From the IMG/VR virus record IMGVR_UViG_3300030419_004676, positions 1-64,000 of that record: a stretch of 64,000 bases of DNA. The stretch is one strand, 5' to 3'. Each line of letters begins with the position of its first letter. Positions within the stretch are counted from its first letter, which is position 1. The stretch comes from a virus. The notes below the pieces were generated by a model, which saw only the letters and a program-made list of their open reading frames with translations, searched no databases and was not told where the DNA came from. The position numbers and the translations under genes are program-made. This document shows positions 40,602-50,600 of this stretch, in pieces.

Positions 40602-41418
40602 CCAATATAGAATTATTACGGGTGGTTGTAGTTTTTCAAAGAAAGCTGATGTACCTATAATGAAAGAAAAAGAAAAAACTTGGACAAATGCAATAGAAGA
40701 ATATTTTGATTTTCCATTTTATTATCATACAGGTGAACCTGCATCTGGTAATTCTTTGATATCAAGAAGAGTTATTTATACACTATCTAATGTTTTAAAA
40801 ATACCTAATATAAAAAAAGAAGATATTTTAGTTTCAGTTATGTGGAGTGACCCAATACGAACTGATTTATTTGGTTCATTAGAGGAAACTTATAAATGGC
40901 CAGGATTAACTAAACACAAGGGTAATACTGAACCTTTAAGATTAGGAGAAGGAATGAATACCGCCTATAATAAAGAAAATAGAAATTGGGGATATTTTAG
41001 AAGTGGTGGATTTCCAAATAAAGATGGATATGCATTTAAAGAATATACAGATTGGTTTACTAATTATTATGAAAATTATTATACTACAGAATATTCTTTC
41101 ATTAATACTTTTGAGTCTATTTTAAGAGTACAATATTTTTGTAAATTACATAAAATAAAATATGTATTTCATACTATGAAAAATATATTTACTAATAAAG
41201 ATGGAGAGTTTCTACATAAACAATATAAAGAGACTGAACATTTATTTGAACAAATTGATTTTGAAAATTTTGTTTTTTCAAATGATTATGATGGTTTATA
41301 TGAATATGCAAAAGAACATGACTTACCATTCTGGGATGATAATCTACATGTAGAATGGGATGGACATAAGACATATTTTAACAAAATTATAAAACCAGAA
41401 ATATTGGAGTTAATATGA
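40576..41418 (+). CDS. SGNH-like hydrolase/acyltransferase
   Basis: GGCSFS, SGN, VMWS, DNLH; true start may be the ATG at 40591. Confidence 0.7.
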   Translation: MGIITMTDNQYRIITGGCSFSKKADVPIMKEKEKTWTNAIEEYFDFPFYYHTGEPASGNSLISRRVIYTLSNVLKIPNIKKEDILVSVMWSDPIRTDLFGSLEETYKWPGLTKHKGNTEPLRLGEGMNTAYNKENRNWGYFRSGGFPNKDGYAFKEYTDWFTNYYENYYTTEYSFINTFESILRVQYFCKLHKIKYVFHTMKNIFTNKDGEFLHKQYKETEHLFEQIDFENFVFSNDYDGLYEYAKEHDLPFWDDNLHVEWDGHKTYFNKIIKPEILELI

Positions 41419-42818
41419 AAATAGTATTTGACCAAAATGTACCATATCTGATACCTAATGCATGTCACCTTGAAATTAAAAGGTATGTTATGAATGAACA
41501 TAATGGATTCTACGACCATACAGAAGTTTCGGTTAGAGAAAAATTTGGGGAACCTTGGCATGTTTATAATTCAAGTTTTAGGAATTATTATGAAGATATG
41601 ATAACAAACATAAAAGATGTTAAACCAGAAGATACTTGGGTATATCCTGTAGAAATTTTTGGAGATTTTCAAAAATCATTTGGTATAAATCAAGAAAAGG
41701 GTTCATTATATGATGGTTGGAATTTTACACAGGCAATTCCACCTACTACAATGAGTAAGTTAAAACAATCAAATGGTTATATATTAATTACAATGGTTCA
41801 TGAGGGTTTAGTAGTTGATGTATTTTTTGAAAGATTGGCACAGATTTGTGAAGCAAATAATTTACCAATGAAAAAGATAATTATATTAACAAGTGGTAAC
41901 CATGGTATAAAAAAACAACATCACACTTGGCACCAAAAGAATATGCAAACTACAGACAGATTTAATGTTATGAACTATCACTACTTTTTATACGAAAAAG
42001 GACATGAGTATAATATAGGTATTGATAAGTTTGAATCTAAGGAGACTAAAGGAAAACTTAGTTCTGTATCATTAGGTGATTTTAAAAATAGTTTAGGTAA
42101 AAAAAGAGATAATAAGTTTTTGTGTTTTAATAGAAGAATGCATCCACATCGTGTAATGTTGGTTGCAGAATTACATAGATTGGGTATTTTAGATAAGAAT
42201 TTAGTTAGTTTTCAATTTACATTAGATGGTGATTTTAGATTTCCAACAAGAATTGATACCTACATTGAAGAATACAAGATGATTTATGATGATGAGCAAA
42301 CCTATAGAGAAAAATTTGAAAAGTATATCAAACAAGTTATTAAAATGAAAAAAAGAATGATTGACCATGAAGACTTATCCAAAATTCATGGATTTCGTGG
42401 AGATGTTAAAAAACCTTGGTTAAATACTTATTATAGTGTAGTAACAGAATCTAATTTTTTTAGAAGAAGTGATTATATAACAGAAAAGACTTGGAAATGT
42501 GTTGGTAATTTCCATCCTTTTATAGTATTTGGAAGACCAAATACAATTGGTGAATTAAAAAGACTTGGATTTAAAACTTTTCATCCATTTATTGATGAAT
42601 CATATGATAGAGTAGTTGATAATAAAAAAAGATACAATATGATTCTTGATGAAATAGTAAGATTGCAAAATATACCTGAAGAAGAAATGGTAAAATGGTA
42701 TTCTGATATGAAAGATATTCTAATTCACAATTATAATCATTTTATGAAATTAGGTAGTGAAAGAAATAAACAATTTAATAATTTATTCAAAGAGATAGAA
42801 GAAAAATGTACAAAATAA
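41415..42818 (+). CDS. 'TEK' family putative glycosyltransferase
   Basis: FLCFNRRMHPHR, YYSVVTES, ITEKTWK, HPFI, GFKTF, DESYD. Confidence 0.6.
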   Translation: MKIVFDQNVPYLIPNACHLEIKRYVMNEHNGFYDHTEVSVREKFGEPWHVYNSSFRNYYEDMITNIKDVKPEDTWVYPVEIFGDFQKSFGINQEKGSLYDGWNFTQAIPPTTMSKLKQSNGYILITMVHEGLVVDVFFERLAQICEANNLPMKKIIILTSGNHGIKKQHHTWHQKNMQTTDRFNVMNYHYFLYEKGHEYNIGIDKFESKETKGKLSSVSLGDFKNSLGKKRDNKFLCFNRRMHPHRVMLVAELHRLGILDKNLVSFQFTLDGDFRFPTRIDTYIEEYKMIYDDEQTYREKFEKYIKQVIKMKKRMIDHEDLSKIHGFRGDVKKPWLNTYYSVVTESNFFRRSDYITEKTWKCVGNFHPFIVFGRPNTIGELKRLGFKTFHPFIDESYDRVVDNKKRYNMILDEIVRLQNIPEEEMVKWYSDMKDILIHNYNHFMKLGSERNKQFNNLFKEIEEKCTK

Positions 42819-44728
42819 GTTTCCTTGAGTTATCAGATATTACCGCAAATCAAGTAAAATTACCATATTCTACTGGTTTGATATGGGGATATTGCAAACT
42901 TAATCCACTTATAGAAAAAAATTATTCTTTCAATATGGAAGATTGGATATATTATCGTCAAGACGAAAATAAGATTATAAATCAAATAAAAGATTCTGAT
43001 ATAATCGGTGTTTCAAATTTTGTATGGAATTCAATCGTTAATACTTCAATCATAAAAAAAATAAAAAAAATAAATCCTAATTGTTTAGTTATATTTGGTG
43101 GACAAGGAACACCAAAAGGTGATAGGTGTAAACAATTTTGTAAAGATAATCCAGGTATTGATATATTGGTTCATGGTGAGGGTGAGTTAACATTTGAAGA
43201 TATATTATTACGATATCTTATAGATAAAGATTGGACAAAAGTAAATGGTGTTACAATTAATCCACCATTAGGCGAACTAATCACAACACCACCAAGAGAA
43301 AGATTAAAAGATATTGATTCAATGCCAAGTCCTTACTTGGATGGGTTATTTGATGATTTAGTAAAAATTAAAGACCATGACTATGCATTTGAGGGTACAA
43401 TAGAAAGTGTTCGTGGTTGTCCTTATCAATGCACATTTTGTGAAATAGGTGATAAATATTTTCAGAAGATTGCAAGACAAACAAATGAAAAAGTATTTAA
43501 AGAATTGGATTGGTTGTCTAAAAACAAAGTAGAATTTTTCTATAATGCAGATTCTAATTTTGGTTTATTGAAAGAACACCTTGATATTGTAAAGTATATG
43601 ACAAAGTTAAAAAAAGAAACTGGATATCCTGATAATATTCGTGTAGATTGGGCAAAGTCAAAGGCAGATAAGGTTGTTGAATATGCCTATTTACTTACAG
43701 AAGCAGGTATGATGAAAGGTATTACAATTGCATTACAATCTATGAATCCTGATGTATTAAAGGCAATTAGAAGAAAAAATGTTGATAGTGGAAAATTACA
43801 AGAATTTTTTGATTTATATAAAGATAAAGAATTGATAAGTTATGTGGAATTAATTTTGGGATTACCAAAAGAAACAATTGAATCATTTAAAGAAGGTATA
43901 TTTCAAATAATGGATATGGAATTTCATGATTATGTTGGAGTGTATCCAATGACTGCATTACCTAATACACCATTTTTTGAACCAAGTTATGTAAAAGAAT
44001 ATGGTATTGATGTTGTTGAGACCACACCTGCATTTTTCCATCATGATTATCCTGAAATGTTAAAAAAAGAAAAAGAATTTATGGTAGTTGGTAGTGAAAC
44101 AATGAATAGAGAGGAATATATAGAGGCCTCTATTTGGAGATGGATGTTTATGTTTAGTCATTTTTTAGGATTTACACAACACATTTCAAGAGTATTAAGT
44201 TCAACACATGATATATCTTATAAAGAATTTTATACTAAGTTTTATAATTGGATGAAAAAGAATCCTGATACTTTCTTAGGAAAAGAAATGAATACTACTA
44301 AAGATACCTTAACAAAAGTTTTAAAAAAAGAAACACTTTGGGGTAGAAAAATAGAAGAAACTACAGGAGAATATTATTGGGATTATGAAGAGGCAACATC
44401 TATCAGAATCGTGACTAATCGTGAAGAATTTGATAAGAATCTTAGAAGTTTTTTATTTAGTGAGTTTAAAAAAGTAGATGTATCTTTACTTGAAGACTTA
44501 CTTTTGTTCCAAAAAATGATTTGTACTAATCCATTTGAACAATATCCAAAGAAAGTTCCATTTAATTTTAATATCAAAGAGGTTATTTTTGAAAATAAAC
44601 CTATCAAAAATGGTGGTCATACCTATGAATTCAATTCTGAAAACTATAATTCAGATGTAAAGAAGTGGTGCACTATAAATATGTGGTGGGGAAGAAGAAA
44701 CAGAGGATACGAAACTTCCGTAACTTAA
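42806..44728 (+). CDS. Cobalamin-binding (class B-like) radical SAM protein
   Basis: N-terminal B12-binding-like domain (FGG, GEGE), RGCPYQCTFC, DSNFG, ELILGLP. Confidence 0.9.
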   Translation: MYKISFLELSDITANQVKLPYSTGLIWGYCKLNPLIEKNYSFNMEDWIYYRQDENKIINQIKDSDIIGVSNFVWNSIVNTSIIKKIKKINPNCLVIFGGQGTPKGDRCKQFCKDNPGIDILVHGEGELTFEDILLRYLIDKDWTKVNGVTINPPLGELITTPPRERLKDIDSMPSPYLDGLFDDLVKIKDHDYAFEGTIESVRGCPYQCTFCEIGDKYFQKIARQTNEKVFKELDWLSKNKVEFFYNADSNFGLLKEHLDIVKYMTKLKKETGYPDNIRVDWAKSKADKVVEYAYLLTEAGMMKGITIALQSMNPDVLKAIRRKNVDSGKLQEFFDLYKDKELISYVELILGLPKETIESFKEGIFQIMDMEFHDYVGVYPMTALPNTPFFEPSYVKEYGIDVVETTPAFFHHDYPEMLKKEKEFMVVGSETMNREEYIEASIWRWMFMFSHFLGFTQHISRVLSSTHDISYKEFYTKFYNWMKKNPDTFLGKEMNTTKDTLTKVLKKETLWGRKIEETTGEYYWDYEEATSIRIVTNREEFDKNLRSFLFSEFKKVDVSLLEDLLLFQKMICTNPFEQYPKKVPFNFNIKEVIFENKPIKNGGHTYEFNSENYNSDVKKWCTINMWWGRRNRGYETSVT

Positions 44729-44736
44729 TATTTATA
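44728..44736 (+). promoter_or_regulatory. Putative late promoter motif ATATTTATA
   Basis: ATATTTATAGTTGA identical to the 1064 copy; opens the head-region block. Confidence 0.65.
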
Positions 44737-44763
44737 GTTGATAAACTACATTTGGAGTTTTAA

Positions 44764-45630
44764 ATGATTAAACTAAAAGATTTATTAGAATCAAATATAA
44801 CAGGAAAGAGTGCAAATTCTGAATCCTATGGTGGATATAAAGGATTTGTAAAACCTGAAGATTATGATGCCTATAAAAAAGATTTGGCAAAAAAACTTAA
44901 AGTAATGATTGCAGAGGGTATTCAAGACAAAGGTATTTTTAAGGCAGTCTTTCTTGCAGGTGGGCCAGGTAGTGGTAAAACTTATGTTGCGAAAAAAATA
45001 TTTGGTATACCTGATAAGTTTAATATTAGTATGAGTGGTATGAAAATGGTAAACTCAGATAAAGAGTTGAAACACTTATTACATAAATTTGGATTCGGTA
45101 CTGATTTAGACAAAATGCCAGATGAAGTATTTAATCAACTTACAAATCCAGATGATGATGATTATAGTGGATTCAGAGGATTTTCAAAAGAACTTACTGC
45201 ACAAAGAATGAAATTATATAGAAAAGGTAAGTTAGGAATGATTATAGATGGAACTGGACATAAATTTGGTAAAATTAGTTCTTTGAAAAAAGAATTAGAA
45301 GATGAGGGATACGATACCTATATGGTAATGGTTAACACATCATTAGAGGTGGCACAAAAAAGAAATCAAGAAAGAGATAGAATATTACCACCAAAATTAT
45401 TAGAAAAGAGTTGGAAAGATGTTCAGAAGAATATTGGTTCTTTTCAAGCATTATTTAAAAACAACTTCGTGATAGTGGATAATTCAAAACACTTAAACGA
45501 CAAACAAGCGGAGGCAAAATTTGTTCCATTGGTTACTAAAGTTATTAGAAAATTTGTTAACAAACCTATCAAAAACAAACTTGGAAAAATGTGGGTTGAA
45601 AAACAAAAACTACTTAATAGGAGAAAATAA
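44764..45630 (+). CDS. P-loop kinase (zeta/PNK-like) with N-terminal MIKLKDLLE tag
   Basis: Walker A GGPGSGKT, VNSD, IIDGTG, RNQER lid motif. Confidence 0.85.
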   Translation: MIKLKDLLESNITGKSANSESYGGYKGFVKPEDYDAYKKDLAKKLKVMIAEGIQDKGIFKAVFLAGGPGSGKTYVAKKIFGIPDKFNISMSGMKMVNSDKELKHLLHKFGFGTDLDKMPDEVFNQLTNPDDDDYSGFRGFSKELTAQRMKLYRKGKLGMIIDGTGHKFGKISSLKKELEDEGYDTYMVMVNTSLEVAQKRNQERDRILPPKLLEKSWKDVQKNIGSFQALFKNNFVIVDNSKHLNDKQAEAKFVPLVTKVIRKFVNKPIKNKLGKMWVEKQKLLNRRK

Positions 45631-45631
45631 T

Positions 45632-46114
45632 ATGTTAACGACATTTGATGAAATTATAGAAGTTACTTTACATCACGAAGGCGGATATGTTCATGACCCA
45701 AATGATTTAGGTGGTGAAACTAATTTTGGAATAGCAAAGAGATTCTATCCTGATGTGGATATCAAGAACCTTACAGAAGAGGGTGCAAAAGAAATTTACA
45801 AAAAAGATTATTGGGATAAGAATAAGGTAGATGAACTTGATGAACAATTAAAACATATATTCTTTGATATGTGTGTGAATCAAGGTAGAGGAACAGCAGT
45901 AAAGATTTTACAACGAGCTTGTAATGCAAAGGGTGCAGACCTTGCAGTAGATGGTGGATTTGGGCCAGGAACTAAAGGTGCACTTGAAACTTACAAACCA
46001 TCATTGGAAAGAGTTCGTTGTTATAGACTAAAACATTATTATGATTTAGTAAACAGAAAACCAGAACAAGAAAGATTTTTGTTTGGTTGGTTTAAAAGAG
46101 CACTTTCAGTATAG
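45632..46114 (+). CDS. Glycoside hydrolase family 108 lysozyme (endolysin)
   Basis: HEGGYVHDPNDLGGETNFGI, FD..VNQG, VDG.FGP.T, F..GW..R; AGGAG RBS. Confidence 0.9.
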   Translation: MLTTFDEIIEVTLHHEGGYVHDPNDLGGETNFGIAKRFYPDVDIKNLTEEGAKEIYKKDYWDKNKVDELDEQLKHIFFDMCVNQGRGTAVKILQRACNAKGADLAVDGGFGPGTKGALETYKPSLERVRCYRLKHYYDLVNRKPEQERFLFGWFKRALSV

Positions 46115-46123
46115 GAGAAAATA

Positions 46124-46417
46124 ATGGCAGCATTAGGAGGCAACCCATCAGATGTAGGTGGAATTGTAAGTAGAACTAAAAGTTCAGATAGAATAGGTCA
46201 ATATACAGCGACTTATGAAGTACCGGCATCAACAACTTATGAACCAACAGGTTCATTTAAAAATACTGCATTCATGATTGAATCAGGAACTAATTACACA
46301 TTGACAGCAGTTGATGGTGGTGATTTGACTGCAGGTTTGGTAAATGGTCAAGTATATCGTGTGGCATTGAAAAAAGTTGTTAATGGTGGAACTACCGTAG
46401 TTAAATTATTGAAGTAA
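46124..46417 (+). CDS. Hypothetical small beta-rich protein
   Basis: AGGAG RBS; coupled to the next gene. Confidence 0.65.
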   Translation: MAALGGNPSDVGGIVSRTKSSDRIGQYTATYEVPASTTYEPTGSFKNTAFMIESGTNYTLTAVDGGDLTAGLVNGQVYRVALKKVVNGGTTVVKLLK

Positions 46418-46731
46418 TGGCAAAAGGAGATTGTTACTCGGCAAATGGTAGATGGATGATTGGTAAAGATGACTCTTACCGATTAGTTCATGGTGTGGCA
46501 ATCTTAGCAAGTGATGGAAAACCATTTGGTCATTGTTGGATTGAAAAAGGTAGTCAAGTATTAGATTTCAGTAATGGTAAAAATATAAAAATAAGTAAAA
46601 AGAAGTATTATGAATTAGGTGGAATACCAGTGAAACCTTACAAACTTTATAAATACAAATCCTTAGAAATGGCAAAACTAATGGTCAAACACGAACATTG
46701 GGGGCCATGGGATTTAAAACCACCGAGATGA
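46417..46731 (+). CDS. Minimal transglutaminase/papain-like fold protein
   Basis: GDCY...LVHG...GHCWIE...LDFS suggests a Cys-His-Asp/Glu triad. Confidence 0.55.
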   Translation: MAKGDCYSANGRWMIGKDDSYRLVHGVAILASDGKPFGHCWIEKGSQVLDFSNGKNIKISKKKYYELGGIPVKPYKLYKYKSLEMAKLMVKHEHWGPWDLKPPR

Positions 46732-46734
46732 GAT

Positions 46735-47019
46735 ATGGCATATATAATAGCAGAACCTTGTGTTGGAACATGTGATACGGCATGTGTGGATGTATGTCCA
46801 GTAGATTGTATTCATGGGCCAATAGATAAAGATGGAGCAGGAGCGGAAGTTCCTGGATTAGATACATTAGATGGGAAACAATTATACATAGACCCTGATG
46901 AATGTATTGATTGTGGTGCATGTGAACCAGAGTGTCCAGTAGAAGCAATTTATGATGAAGATGAATTACCTGAAGAATGGGTAAAATATATTAATATTAA
47001 TAAGGAGTTCTTTCAATGA
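46735..47019 (+). CDS. Dicluster ferredoxin (FdxA-like)
   Basis: [17 protein letters not shown] and [12 protein letters not shown]. Confidence 0.95.
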   Translation: MAYIIAEPCVGTCDTACVDVCPVDCIHGPIDKDGAGAEVPGLDTLDGKQLYIDPDECIDCGACEPECPVEAIYDEDELPEEWVKYININKEFFQ

Positions 47020-47672
47020 AAAATATAACAGAATTTGGAAAACATTTAGATGAACCAAGTGAAATTGGTAAGAAAAAACAACGATTATCAAAAAAAGATA
47101 AATTGTTATTAAAAAAAGATTTAGAAGAAAGGCTTGAAGAGAAAAAGAATAAAGGTCTTTGGCACAATATTCACGCAAAAAGAAAAAGAGGTGAAAAACC
47201 TGCAAAACCTGGTGAAAAGGGATATCCAAAAACTTTAAAGATTGAGAAAAAAGATGGAGACCCATGTTGGGTAGGATACAAACAAATAGGAATGAAAGAT
47301 AAAGATGGAAAAAAAGTTCCTAATTGTGTAAAAGAAGTTACAGAAATATATTATGAAGTTGATGGTAAAGGACATGGATATACCTTTGAATATATTAGAA
47401 CCAAAGATTTGAACGAGGCAGAATATCAAGGAAGAAAAGTAAAACTTGGTAAACCAACTACTGGTGATGTAAAGAAGTTCAAAGTATATGTAAAGAATCC
47501 AAAGGGTAATGTAGTCAAGGTTAATTTTGGACATAAAGGTAAGGGTGGTGAAAAAACTATGAGAATCAAAAAATCTAACCCTGATGCCCGTAAGTCATTT
47601 AGAGCAAGACATAATTGTGAAAATCCTGGCCCAAGACATAAAGCTCGTTATTGGTCTTGTAGAAAATGGTAG
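47016..47672 (+). CDS. Basic modular protein with C-terminal DUF6321-like domain
   Basis: Modules [22 protein letters not shown]...[13 protein letters not shown]...VNFG...[10 protein letters not shown]...ARYWSC. Confidence 0.65.
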   Translation: MKNITEFGKHLDEPSEIGKKKQRLSKKDKLLLKKDLEERLEEKKNKGLWHNIHAKRKRGEKPAKPGEKGYPKTLKIEKKDGDPCWVGYKQIGMKDKDGKKVPNCVKEVTEIYYEVDGKGHGYTFEYIRTKDLNEAEYQGRKVKLGKPTTGDVKKFKVYVKNPKGNVVKVNFGHKGKGGEKTMRIKKSNPDARKSFRARHNCENPGPRHKARYWSCRKW

Positions 47673-47678
47673 GAGTTA

Positions 47679-50600
47679 ATGAGTAATAAACTTACAGAAT
47701 GGTTAGTTAAACCTTTATTAGAAGATATAAAAATTCCTGTAGAGATTGGGGATACTATCTTAATGGGCCGTTTTAAGAATAAAAAAGTAAAAGTTAAATC
47801 AATAGGTTATAATGAAAAAGGTGATTTACTTATTAATAATAGGACTGCATTAAAGTTTAGAATAGTAAAGACAGACAAAAAACTACTACCACATAAAACT
47901 ACTGATAAAGATTCAGTATCACCTGATGGTGATATGAGAGGAGTAAAGAAGTTTGAAGTCACAGAAAATAAAGTTAGTTTAAATGTTCCTGGTGATGTAA
48001 AACGATTACATCAATTATTCAAAAAAAATAAAAAACAATTATATATCGTAGGTGGTGCAGTTCGTGATGCGATACTTGGTAAGAAACCAAAAGATTTTGA
48101 TATGGCAACTGATGCAAAACCAGATGAAGTATTAAAGATTGCAAAGAGTGGTGGATTTAAAACATATTCAGTTGGTAAAAAGTTTGGTGTGGTAATTGTG
48201 GGTGGACATGAGATTGCAACATTTAGAAAAGATATAGGTAAAGGTAGAAGACCTAAAGCAGTAGATTTTTCAGATATTCAAGGTGATGTAAAAAGAAGAG
48301 ATTTGACAATTAATTCTTTATTCTTTGATATTGGTAGAGGTGAAGTGGTTGACTTGACAGGTGGATTAGAAGATTTAAAAAATAAGTTAATTAGAACGGT
48401 AGGAAGTGCAAAAAGAAGATTTGATGAAGACCCATTGAGAAAACTAAGAGCACTTAGATTTCAAGCAGTGGTTGGTGGTAAGATGGATAAAGAAACAGAA
48501 AAGGCTTTATTAATCAATCCAAGTTTGAAAGGTGTTAGTGCAGAAAGAATTAGAGATGAGTTTATAAAAGGAATTAAAAAAGGAAAATCATCTAAATTAT
48601 TTATGGAGGCACTTGATAAGTTTAGATTTACAAAACAAATTTTCCCACAATTAAATATACAAAAACCTTATCCAAATGTCAAGGATTATATTTTGTTCCT
48701 TGCAACTATTTTTAGAAAAAATGATGTCACTAAATTACCAAAAATTTTAAACAAATTAAAGTATAGTTCTAAAGAGTCAAATAATATAACATTTTTAGTT
48801 TATTTGAATAACTTTAACCCAAAGAATATCTATAATGTTAAAAAGGCACAAGAGAAAACTACATTAACACCAAAACAAATCCAAGAGTATGGTAAATTAA
48901 TTGGTAAAGATTTTAAAAAATTATCAACATTTCAATTATCAGTAAAGGGTGGTGGAACAGAATTTGTAGGATTAAAAGGTAAAGAAATTGGTGATAAGAT
49001 AAAAGATATAGAAATGAAATTATATATGAATGAAAATATATTAAATGAACGAAAGGCAGGATTTGATTCAGTTCATACTAAAAGTGCATTCAGTTCATTG
49101 TTTGGTGGTCATTATGCAAAACATGTTCCACTAACTACTAAATTTATGCAAAGTATTTTGGGTAGAGAAAGAGTAAGTGTATTTCATGTTAGTAGTGTGG
49201 AAGGTGCAGAAAAAATTGGAAGAATCATTGGTAAGAAAAGTGCATTATCTACATTTACCAAAGTAGATAAAGGTGAGAAACTTGCAAAAGGACGAGGAAT
49301 ACAAACACAAGGTGGTGTTGTATTTCAATTAGAGGGTAGTTTGTTAGTAGCGAGCACAAGAGATATGCAAACTCACCCAGACAAAACAGGTCGTAGATGG
49401 GTTTCACCATTATATTTAGCAGGTAAAGTTGCTGGTGGTAAGATGTATAAAGAAATACAAAATGGTATCAAGAAATTAAAAATAGATTATGATACTTGGT
49501 ATGTTATTGAAAGAGATTTAAGAGATAAAATTGGTGAAAGACCAGAACTTCAATTTACAGATAGTGATGGAAAACCCGATGGAACACCGAAATATGATTT
49601 AGTCCAACCAATATATGAAAAAGAATTAAATAAAATAAAGGCAAAGTGGATTAAAAAATATATTGATATGTGTTACAAAGTAATAAGAAAGTATAAACCA
49701 CAAATCAAACGACACATATTAAGTCAAAAAGATAAACCATCAGAATATGGTTGGAATGAAATCATTGTAAATCAAATTCATGTTCAAGATGTTTTTCTAA
49801 TAGATAGTTTGATGTATAAAAATCCAGGTTATAGAGACCCATTTATAAAAAAAATGGAAAAGATTGCAAAAGGAAAAGTAACCGTAGGTAAACCTGGACA
49901 ATTTAGAAAATGGTTTAATGAACGAGGTGGTGTAATTAATGAAGAGTTTGGTGCACCAGCTGGAGTTATACCATCACCAAGTAGAAAAGGTGTAAAGAAA
50001 AATAAAACAGATAAACAGAGTGGATATAAAAAAGTAACTGAAGAAAAGTCAAAAATCAAAAAAGTAATTGGTATTTATGGTGGTAGATTCCAACCATTCG
50101 GCCCACATCATTATAAGACTTATAAGTGGTTAGAATCACAAGTAGATGAGGCCTACATAACAACAAGTGATATTAAAAAACCACCAAGACACCCAATGAA
50201 CTTTACAGAAAAAGTTCGTCACATGGTAAAAATTGGTGTTCCAAAGAATAGAATTGTAAAAGAAAAAACACCATATGTGGCAAATAATACATTAAAAAAG
50301 TTTGACCCAGAAACTACTGCAGTTGTTTATATTTTTGGTAAGAAAGATGCAGGAAGATTAAAGGGTGGAAAGAAAAAAAGTGGTGGAAAAACTTATTATC
50401 AAGATTACAAAAAGAATAAGAAAAATTTAGTAGGATATGAAGAACATGGATATATACTAACTGCCCCACACCAATCTATAAAAGTGGGTGGTCAAGAGGT
50501 AAGTGGAACCGTAATGAGAAATTTATTAGGTTCACCTAAAATAGATGATAAAGATAGACCTAAATTATTTAAACAGGCCTTTGGATATTTTGATAAAGGT

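Noticed and set aside
14191-44728. Bacterial LPS/capsule locus or chimeric host contig
   Set aside because: No export or polymerase genes; same promoter motif, codon habits and strand as the flanking phage genes
44764-45630. Zeta toxin of a toxin-antitoxin pair
   Set aside because: No antitoxin-like neighbour; the tag and context favour a packaged kinase, though the substrate is unproven
1052-45631. ORF-track starts at 1052, 18738, 27380, 29552 and 45521
   Set aside because: Downstream ATGs (1103, 18750, 27407, 29576, 45632) fit RBS/promoter position and domain starts better
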